NCBI GenBank assembly: GCA_965214605.1
Contig: OZ243961.1
Coordinates: 1,536,001-1,600,000 of the forward strand
DNA length: 64,000 nucleotides
Reading direction: 5' to 3'
DNA from: an uncultured Candidatus Binatia bacterium
Lineage (GTDB): Bacteria; Desulfobacterota; Binatia; Bin18
The notes beneath the pieces are model-generated. The model was not told where the DNA came from and searched no databases. It saw nothing but the letters and a program-made list of their open reading frames with translations. Below are positions 57,101 through 64,000 of the stretch, piece by piece. The position numbers and the translations under genes were made by a program. The number at the start of each line of letters is the position of its first letter. The first letter of the stretch is position 1.

Positions 57101-58953
57101 TCAAAGCCCATATCTTTCAGACGATCGGCAAAAATGACGGTTGCTTTGTTACCGGCTTTCAGAAAGGAACTGTCCAGCAGGCCACCGAGTTCCCTTTTCT
57201 TCATCGTCCGGTTGACCTCAGAAAACGAAATCTCAGACGGTACGATATCGTACAGTATGATACGACCGACCGTTGTGTCGACTAATTGTCCGTTCATACG
57301 GACTTTGATCCGGGCCTGGAGTTCGATCTGCCCCTGATCGTAGGCAATACAGACCTCCTCTGGACCGCTGAAGATTTTCCCCTCCCCTTTTGCCCCAGGT
57401 CGCTCACGGGTGATGGTGTATAGACCCAAAACAATGTCTTGCGTTGGGGCGATAATCGCCTTACCGTGGGCAGGTGAGAGAATGTTATTGGTTGACATCA
57501 TCAAGGCCCGCGCTTCGACCTGGGCTTCCACCGATAGAGGGACGTGAACCGCCATCTGGTCGCCGTCGAAATCGGCGTTATAGGCCATACAGACTAAGGG
57601 ATGGAGCTGGATCGCCTTGCCCTCAATCAGGATAGGCTCAAACGCTTGGATACCCAGCCGGTGCAGGGTTGGGGCACGATTAAGCAGGACCGGATGCTCC
57701 TTGATTACCTCGTCCAGAATATCCCAGACTTCCGGACGTTCCTTTTCTACCATCTTTTTGGCGCTCTTAATCGTTGTGGTATAACCCCGCTCTTCGAGCT
57801 TGTTGTAGATAAAGGGTTTGAACAGCTCCAAAGCCATGTGCTTAGGCAACCCACACTGATGCAGGCGCAGCTCAGGACCAATCACAATGACGGACCGCCC
57901 CGAATAGTCGACCCGTTTGCCGAGCAGATTCTGCCGAAAACGCCCGCCTTTGCCCTTGAGCATATCGGACAGTGACTTGAGTGGACGTTTGTTGGGCCCG
58001 TTCAAAGGCCGGCCCCGTCGGCCGTTGTCAAACAAGGCATCGACCGCTTCTTGGAGCATCCGCTTTTCATTCCGAATAATGATATCGGGCGCGCTCAATT
58101 CAATCAGGCGTTTGAGGCGGTTATTCCGGTTGATCACCCGTCGGTACAAATCGTTCAGATCAGACGTGGCAAAGCGGCCGCCGTCCAGGGGGACTAAGGG
58201 GCGGAGGTCAGGGGGAATGACCGGAATCACTTCCAAGATCATCCATTCAGGCAGATTGCCAGAGTGCCGAAACGCATTGATGACCTTGAGGCGTTTGGCG
58301 ATTTTTTTGCGGCGTGCCTCGCTGGCCGTTTCCATCATCTCCATGCGCAGATCTTCGGCCAGTTTTTCTATGTTCAAATCATGTAACAATGACCGGATCG
58401 CCTCTGCTCCCATTCCAGCCTGAAAACTGCCAAAACCGAACTCCTCAACTAATTTCCGGTGGCGGGTTTCGGACAGGATATCTTTCTTGCGCAGCGGCGT
58501 CTGGCCCGGATCGGTCACAACGTACGACTCAAAATAGAGAACCCGTTCAAGCTCCTTGAGCGTCATATCTAGCAGGGTGCCAATCCGGCTCGGCAGGCTC
58601 TTGAGGAACCAGATATGGGCGACAGGGCTGGCTAGGGAGATATGCCCCATCCGCTCCCGGCGCACTTTGGACTGAATCACCTCAACGCCACATTTCTCAC
58701 ACACGACCCCACGGTGGCGCATCCGCTTGTATTTGCCGCAGTTACACTCATAGTCCTTGGTGGGACCAAAGATTTTGGCGCAGAACAGGCCGTCACGCTC
58801 GGGCTTAAACGTGCGGTAATTGATAGTTTCAGGCTTCTTCACCTCTCCGTGCGACCAGGTACGAACCATATCAGGAGGGGCCAGAGCGATCCGGATGGCG
58901 TTAAAACGAACCGGATTTTGGGGCTTCTCAAAAAGACCAAGAAAATCTTCCAT
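54160..58953 (-). CDS. rpoC: RNA polymerase beta' subunit with an extra ~230-aa insertion
   Basis: [29 protein letters not shown]; 1597 aa. Confidence 0.99.
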   Translation of the reverse strand: MEDFLGLFEKPQNPVRFNAIRIALAPPDMVRTWSHGEVKKPETINYRTFKPERDGLFCAKIFGPTKDYECNCGKYKRMRHRGVVCEKCGVEVIQSKVRRERMGHISLASPVAHIWFLKSLPSRIGTLLDMTLKELERVLYFESYVVTDPGQTPLRKKDILSETRHRKLVEEFGFGSFQAGMGAEAIRSLLHDLNIEKLAEDLRMEMMETASEARRKKIAKRLKVINAFRHSGNLPEWMILEVIPVIPPDLRPLVPLDGGRFATSDLNDLYRRVINRNNRLKRLIELSAPDIIIRNEKRMLQEAVDALFDNGRRGRPLNGPNKRPLKSLSDMLKGKGGRFRQNLLGKRVDYSGRSVIVIGPELRLHQCGLPKHMALELFKPFIYNKLEERGYTTTIKSAKKMVEKERPEVWDILDEVIKEHPVLLNRAPTLHRLGIQAFEPILIEGKAIQLHPLVCMAYNADFDGDQMAVHVPLSVEAQVEARALMMSTNNILSPAHGKAIIAPTQDIVLGLYTITRERPGAKGEGKIFSGPEEVCIAYDQGQIELQARIKVRMNGQLVDTTVGRIILYDIVPSEISFSEVNRTMKKRELGGLLDSSFLKAGNKATVIFADRLKDMGFEHATRAGISIGIQDMIIPVEKEKLLSGAQAVLREIQDQYTKGLITDGERHNKVVDTWAAVTDEVANEMFSGLRESRQGFSPIFMMADSGSRGSAQQIRQLAGMRGLMAKPSGEIIETPITANFREGLSVLQYFISTHGARKGLADTALKTANSGYLTRRLVDVAQDCIISEYDCGTIDGIEMGPLVEGGEIIEGLGERVLGRVALDDIHDPFSNEILVPANEEIDESRVKLIEEAGIEKIWIRSALTCQSRRGVCISCYGRDLARGRMVNIGEAVGIIAAQSIGEPGTQLTMRTFHIGGTASRRAEQTTLAPRNEGLLRYISLKTVINREGDLVVMNRNGEVAIVDSPEPGRERERERYPVVYGAKLKKTDGSTVKPNELIAEWDPYTVPILTEVSGTIKFGDIDDKTMQEKVDERTGLSTRVIIDFRDPNVRPRISIKQDVKQAAEEVIKNIRERFSKWRESLRRSIGALKGGVVKTAKQKAWFKLIEPLDRLPDEELVGYFDSLEEKLKDKLDELAPLFKQELDNCLTEKKVNQVLKKAAEDAGDEITMRQPLQDPSLRLETEMWEDLEALPTQALLALGGGGASKWSIRVGTPGVAEWSIRSTSIDAAAGLITFVWLRRSDMRLRRESLGVEDAKAVLDSLRGSFDHILEIFVEKIIETTRGLNESAFKTVNKTAKLPSGLDARYTLPVGAHINVTEGQQVEAGDVVAKIPRETTKTKDITGGLPRVAELFEARKPKEFAVISEIEGMVAFGKDTKGKRKVVITPDVGDPREYLIPRGKHISVREGDYVRAGEPLMDGSSNPHDILGVLGEKELAKSLVDAVQEIYRLQGVRIHDKHIEVIVRQMMRRVTVTQVGDSDFLAGEQVEKWRFQEETEKVLAEQGQPPEAKSLLMGITKASLSTDSFISAASFQETTKVLTEAAINGKVDTLLGLKENVIMGRLIPAGTGNPSYTAIEAESVEAPVDEQQVQLPPMVEAS

Positions 58954-58971
58954 CTCTCCCCCCAGCGTGCT

Positions 58972-61900
58972 CTATTCGTTTTCTTCGAGCAGTTCGACGT
59001 TGAGCGCTAAGCTTTGCAATTCTCGGATCATGACATTGAACGATTCGGGAAGCCCTGGTTCCAATACATTGTCTCCTTTCACAATCGCCTCATAGATACG
59101 GGTCCGGCCGGCTACGTCATCCGACTTGACCGTCAACATTTCTTGCAGACTATAGGCAGCACCGTAGGCCTCAAGGGCCCACACTTCCATCTCTCCCAAC
59201 CGCTGTCCGCCAAATTGGGCCTTGCCACCCAGTGGCTGCTGAGTCACCAGCGAATATGGACCGGTGGAGCGGGCGTGAATTTTGTCCTCAACCAAATGGT
59301 GTAATTTCAGGATATACATCACGCCAACAGTAACAGCTCCACCGAAAGGCTCCCCAGTCCGCCCGTCATATAGTACGGTTTGTCCTGATTCGGGCAATCC
59401 CGCCTTTTGCAACAGGTCAAAAATTTCCTTTTCTGGAGCACCGTCGAACACGGGCGTTGCCACGTGCACCCCAGTCTGGGCGCGCTCCGCTAAGCGCGCC
59501 AGGTCTGGGCTTGACAACTCTTGAATCTTGTCGACACATTCTTTGTTGGTATAGACCTCCTGGAGTTGGGTCCGGAGGGCCTCTTCCGTCTGGGCTGGGT
59601 CGCTGTTGTGACCGTTATCCATCTGCTCGCCGAGGCTACGCACGGCCCAACCGAGATGGGTCTCAAGAATCTGCCCGACATTCATCCGAGAGGGCACGCC
59701 CAACGGGTTGAGGACCACATCGACCGGAGTCCCGTCTGCCAAATACGGCATATCTTCTTCGGGCAGTATCCGAGACAGCACGCCTTTGTTCCCATGTCTG
59801 CCCGCCATCTTATCGCCGACCTGGAGTTTGCGTTTTATAGCGACAAAGACTTTCACCATCTTAATAATGCCGGGCGGCAGCTCGTCCCCACTGCGAAGCT
59901 TCTCAACCTTCTTCTCAAACTCTTCACGAATCCGGCTGATCTGCGCCAGCATGGCGTCGACGCTCCGACTCAGCTCATCCTCAACCACCTCATCCCCAAG
60001 CTTGAATCTCCCCCAGTATGCGGGAGGAACGGCCCGCAGCAGCTCTTCGCTAATCTCTTGGCCCTTGGGAAACAGGACCTTCCGGGTGTTATCGTCGCTG
60101 ATCCGAACAGCTAGAACTTTACCCAGCGTCAGGTCGCGGACCTTGCCGAAAGTGCTCTCCTGGACAATTCGAATTTCGTCTTCTTGGTCTTTGCGGAGTC
60201 GCTCGACCTCTTCGTCCTCAATACTCTGGCTCCGCTCATCCTTGGACACACCCTTGCGAGAGAAAACACGCACATTGACCACCGTGCCCTCCACACCGGG
60301 AGGAACCCGAAGCGAAGTGTCACGGACTTCCCCGGCCTTTTCGCCAAAAATCGCGCGGAGTAATTTTTCTTCGGGAGACAGCTGGGTCTCGCCCTTGGGC
60401 GTGATTTTGCCGACCAGGATGTCGCTAGGCGTCACCTCAGCGCCGATCCTGACAATGCCGCTATCGTCAAGGTCTTTGAGCGCTTCTTCACCAACATTCG
60501 GGATATCCTGAGTGATTTCTTCTGGACCGAGTTTGGTGTCACGGGCGACGCATTCAAATTCTTCAATATGCACCGAGGTGAACACATCTTCGCGCAATAA
60601 GCGCTCACTGACCAGGATGGAATCCTCGAAATTATAGCCCCCCCAGATCATGAACGCGACCAGGACATTCCTGCCCAAAGCCAGCTCACCCATATCGGTG
60701 GCCGGTCCATCGGCAATCACATCGCCGGCGGTGATATAGTCGCCGACTTTGACGATCGGTCGTTGGTTGACACAGGTATTCTGATTAGAACGCTGATATT
60801 TAATTAACGGATAGATATCAACCGCGGCATCACCGGCGGTTGACGGCGCGTCCGCCTTGATTACAACACGGGTGGAATCGACGCTCTCAACCAAACCACT
60901 TCGGCGGGCGACGATCGTTGCACCGGAATCCCGGGCAACGACCCGCTCCATCCCGGTACCGACCAACGGCGCTTCGGTGCGCAGCAGGGGCACCGCCTGG
61001 CGTTGCATGTTCGACCCCATCAAGGCGCGGTTCGCATCGTCATGTTCGAGAAAGGGAATCAGAGCGGCCGCAACACTTACCAACTGAGTGGGGGACACAT
61101 CCATCAGCTGGACCTGCTGGGGGGGGACCATCACAAATTCGCCACCCAGGCGAGCAGAAACGAGGTCCCGGATAAACTGTCCGTTTTCGTCAACCGGAGC
61201 ATTGGCCTGGGCAATGGTCTGGGTCTCTTCTTCAAGGGCGGACAAATACCGTACCCGCTCGGTCACCCGGCCGTCCTCAACTTCACGGTATGGCGTCTCA
61301 ATAAAGCCGAACTCATTCACGCGGGCATAGGTCGACAAGCTTGAAATAAGCCCAATATTCGGTCCTTCAGGTGTCTCGATGGGACACACCCGTCCATAGT
61401 GGGTTGGGTGGACGTCTCGGACCTCGAACCCGGCCCGCTCCCGGGTTAAGCCGCCCGGTCCGAGTGCGGAAAGACGCCGCTTATGGGTCACTTCAGACAA
61501 GGGGTTGGTTTGGTCCATGAACTGCGACAGCTGGCTTGATCCAAAAAATTCTTTTAACGCGGCCGACACAGGTTTGTAGTTGACCAGTTCCTGAGGCATC
61601 AGGGTCTCGACGTCCTGAAGACTCATACGCTCTTTGACCGCCCGCTCCATGCGGACCAAGCCAATCCGGAACTGATTTTCAACCAGCTCTCCGACCGCCC
61701 GCACCCGCCGGTTGCCAAGATGGTCAATATCATCGACAACCCCATTGCCATTTTTCAACTCAAGCAGATACCGCACAACTTCAAGGATATCCTCTTTGCG
61801 GAGGGTCCCGAGATCAAGCGGAGCATCAAGCTGGAGTTTATGGTTAAGTTTGAGACGTCCAACCTTGGACAGGTTATAGCGCTCAGCATTAAAGAACAGG

Positions 61901-63090
61901 TTTTGAAAGAAAACCGTTGCCGCATCGGCCGTTGGTGGATCTCCGGGACGGAGGCGGCGGTAAATCTCCATTTCGGCGTCTTTGGGGGAGGAAATCTTGT
62001 CCTGGAGCAAGGTATTCCGCAGCGATGGACCAATGTGAGACTCGTCAACAAAGAGTGTCTCTATAGTCGAGACTTTGCGCTCGATTAGATGGTCGAGGTC
62101 TTCCTGACTCACCTCTTGGTTGCACTCAACGAGCACTTCCCGCGTCTCTGGGTCAAGCACATCATGGGCTGCAACGAGGCCCACAACCTCTCCGAGGCTG
62201 ATCGGGATCTGCTCAACTTCAGCAGCCTCCATCTGTTTGAGCGCATTACGACTGAATCGGCGTCCTGCTTTGACCAACACCTCTTGGGTTTTAGGATTTC
62301 GGACATCTTGGGTCGCGCGCAGACCGCGCAAGAGGCGAGGCTGGAACTTCTTTGTGACACGACCGGCGTCAAAGGTGATGGTATCGGTCGGATAAAAATA
62401 GTTGAGAAGATCCTCAACCGTCATCCCCAAGGCCCGCAGTAGCCCCGTCGCATGGAATTTGCGGCGACGGTCAATACGGACATACAGAATGTCTCGTGGA
62501 TCAAATTCAAAATCGATCCACGATCCCCGGTACGGAATTATCCGGGCAGAATAGAGCAATTTTCCACTCACGTGGGTCTTACCCTTATCATGATCAAAGA
62601 AGACGCCTGGCGAGCGGTGTAGCTGGCTCACAATAACTCGCTCGGTCCCATTTACCATGAACGTGCCGTACGAGGTCATCAGTGGGAGCTCGCCAAAATA
62701 AACTTCTTGCTCTTTGACATTTTTGATCGTGCGGGCCTCTGTCCGCGGATCAACATCCCAAAGAACGAGCTGTATAGTGACCTTCAGGGGAGCGGCATAG
62801 GTCATCCCACGCTGATGACATTCTTCCACCGTGTATTTTGGCTCTCCAAGCGTATAACTGACAAACTCAAGAGAGGCGGTTTCATTGAAGTCCTGAATCG
62901 GAAAAACCGATCGAAAGACGCCCTGAAGCCCAGAGTCCATCCGGGCTTCAGGACTTGCTATCCGCTGTAGGAACTCCTCGTACGAGTGCCGTTGGATCTC
63001 CAACAGGTGTGGAATCTCAATAATTTTACCGATTTGGTTAAACGCTCGTCGGAAGCGAAAATTATTTGCCAGCTGCAACGCCATCCCCAC
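58972..63090 (-). CDS. rpoB: RNA polymerase beta subunit
   Basis: [32 protein letters not shown]. Confidence 0.99.
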   Translation of the reverse strand: MGMALQLANNFRFRRAFNQIGKIIEIPHLLEIQRHSYEEFLQRIASPEARMDSGLQGVFRSVFPIQDFNETASLEFVSYTLGEPKYTVEECHQRGMTYAAPLKVTIQLVLWDVDPRTEARTIKNVKEQEVYFGELPLMTSYGTFMVNGTERVIVSQLHRSPGVFFDHDKGKTHVSGKLLYSARIIPYRGSWIDFEFDPRDILYVRIDRRRKFHATGLLRALGMTVEDLLNYFYPTDTITFDAGRVTKKFQPRLLRGLRATQDVRNPKTQEVLVKAGRRFSRNALKQMEAAEVEQIPISLGEVVGLVAAHDVLDPETREVLVECNQEVSQEDLDHLIERKVSTIETLFVDESHIGPSLRNTLLQDKISSPKDAEMEIYRRLRPGDPPTADAATVFFQNLFFNAERYNLSKVGRLKLNHKLQLDAPLDLGTLRKEDILEVVRYLLELKNGNGVVDDIDHLGNRRVRAVGELVENQFRIGLVRMERAVKERMSLQDVETLMPQELVNYKPVSAALKEFFGSSQLSQFMDQTNPLSEVTHKRRLSALGPGGLTRERAGFEVRDVHPTHYGRVCPIETPEGPNIGLISSLSTYARVNEFGFIETPYREVEDGRVTERVRYLSALEEETQTIAQANAPVDENGQFIRDLVSARLGGEFVMVPPQQVQLMDVSPTQLVSVAAALIPFLEHDDANRALMGSNMQRQAVPLLRTEAPLVGTGMERVVARDSGATIVARRSGLVESVDSTRVVIKADAPSTAGDAAVDIYPLIKYQRSNQNTCVNQRPIVKVGDYITAGDVIADGPATDMGELALGRNVLVAFMIWGGYNFEDSILVSERLLREDVFTSVHIEEFECVARDTKLGPEEITQDIPNVGEEALKDLDDSGIVRIGAEVTPSDILVGKITPKGETQLSPEEKLLRAIFGEKAGEVRDTSLRVPPGVEGTVVNVRVFSRKGVSKDERSQSIEDEEVERLRKDQEDEIRIVQESTFGKVRDLTLGKVLAVRISDDNTRKVLFPKGQEISEELLRAVPPAYWGRFKLGDEVVEDELSRSVDAMLAQISRIREEFEKKVEKLRSGDELPPGIIKMVKVFVAIKRKLQVGDKMAGRHGNKGVLSRILPEEDMPYLADGTPVDVVLNPLGVPSRMNVGQILETHLGWAVRSLGEQMDNGHNSDPAQTEEALRTQLQEVYTNKECVDKIQELSSPDLARLAERAQTGVHVATPVFDGAPEKEIFDLLQKAGLPESGQTVLYDGRTGEPFGGAVTVGVMYILKLHHLVEDKIHARSTGPYSLVTQQPLGGKAQFGGQRLGEMEVWALEAYGAAYSLQEMLTVKSDDVAGRTRIYEAIVKGDNVLEPGLPESFNVMIRELQSLALNVELLEENE

Positions 63091-63114
63091 TCTTCTCCTT
63101 TGGCGTATCCGCCT

Positions 63115-63510
63115 TTATTTCAGTTCCACCAATCCCCCGGCTTCCTCAATTTTTTTCTGAAGTTCTTCGGCTTCGGCCTTTGCAATCCCTTCCTTGATCG
63201 GCTTGGGCGCATTATCAACCAATTCTTTGGCCTCTTTCAGACCCAAACCGGTGATCTCTCGAACGGCTTTGATGACCTGGATCTTCTTTTCCCCAGGACC
63301 GGTCAGAACGACATCAAATTCGTCCTTCTCTTCGGCCTCAGCCGGCGCATCACCGCCCGCCAAAGCACCGCCACCCGCCACAACAACAGGAGCAGCCGCG
63401 CTGACCCCCCATTTTTCCTCCAGCTGTTTGACCAAATCCGAGACCTCGAGAATCGTCAGATCAGACAGGGCTGAGACAAGTTCTTCCATCTTTTCGGTGC
63501 TGAGAGCCAT
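63115..63510 (-). CDS. rplL: 50S ribosomal protein L7/L12
   Basis: [21 protein letters not shown]. Confidence 0.98.
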   Translation of the reverse strand: MALSTEKMEELVSALSDLTILEVSDLVKQLEEKWGVSAAAPVVVAGGGALAGGDAPAEAEEKDEFDVVLTGPGEKKIQVIKAVREITGLGLKEAKELVDNAPKPIKEGIAKAEAEELQKKIEEAGGLVELK

Positions 63511-63548
63511 GCATTTCTCCTTTCTCCGTTGTCTGTATCACATCCCCC

Positions 63549-64000
63549 TTAGACATCCGCTCCATTCGCTGATGCCGGGGAGGCAGCTTGGGCGTCCCCC
63601 TCTTCTCTTCTTGCATCAAGGACACGGGCAAGTTGGGAGGCGGGAGCGGTGAGCACGCTCGCTAGTTGCGCGGCGGTCTGAGACAGCAGGCCGAGCAGTT
63701 GGGCCCGCAGCGCGTCCCGATTCGGCAGGTTAGCCAACGCCTCGACCTGGGAGGCGTCCAGGAATTGTCCTTCGGTGACCCCGCCTTTAATTGTAAATTT
63801 TTGATGGTCTTTGGCGTAGCGCGTGACAGCTTTGGCCAAGTCAACAGCCTCGCCGTAGCCGAGTACCAGACCATTTTGGCCTGTGAGCAGCTCTTTGAGC
63901 GAGAGATATGGAGTTCCTTCAACCGCTAAGGAGACCAGGGTATTTTTGGCGACCCGATACTCACCTCCAATCTCTCTCAACTCGCGTCGCAGCGTGTGTA
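63549..64000 (-). CDS. rplJ: 50S ribosomal protein L10 (5' end outside the window)
   Basis: YRVAKNTL...LPNRDALRAQLLG; located upstream of rplL. Confidence 0.93.
   Translation of the reverse strand, partial: HTLRRELREIGGEYRVAKNTLVSLAVEGTPYLSLKELLTGQNGLVLGYGEAVDLAKAVTRYAKDHQKFTIKGGVTEGQFLDASQVEALANLPNRDALRAQLLGLLSQTAAQLASVLTAPASQLARVLDARREEGDAQAASPASANGADV

Overview
A 64-kb bacterial chromosome segment of moderately high GC. Gene order and protein style look deltaproteobacterial, Binatota-like (inference). The right half (32.5-64 kb, all minus strand) is housekeeping: rplJL-rpoBC-rpsLG-tuf, the S10/spc/alpha clusters, a SPOR gene and trpDCFBA. It deviates from the canonical order: no fusA between rpsG and tuf (a sigma70 promoter sits there), no rplX (uL24), no adk, no infA, no trpEG. 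RpoC carries a ~230-aa AT-rich extra insertion inside its trigger-loop insert (SI3), and tuf has an extreme G-skewed codon style. The left half is metabolic and accessory: methyltransferase, two LLM oxidoreductases, hydrolases, a Baeyer-Villiger monooxygenase, a MaoC pair, ilvB, lrp-gltBD-grxC, xth, an isolated nuoF-nuoG pair, a GST and a lone SF2 helicase. The ORF track splits one PrdB/GrdB-family selenoprotein (UxxC with a clear SECIS hairpin) into two ORFs. The most unexplained signals are two long intergenic regions with no credible CDS (~3.1-3.96 kb and ~20.34-21.01 kb). Both are densely covered with nested helices, GNRA-capped hairpins and long-range pairings, so they look like large multi-domain structured ncRNAs; I could not match them by eye to RNase P, tmRNA or group I/II introns.
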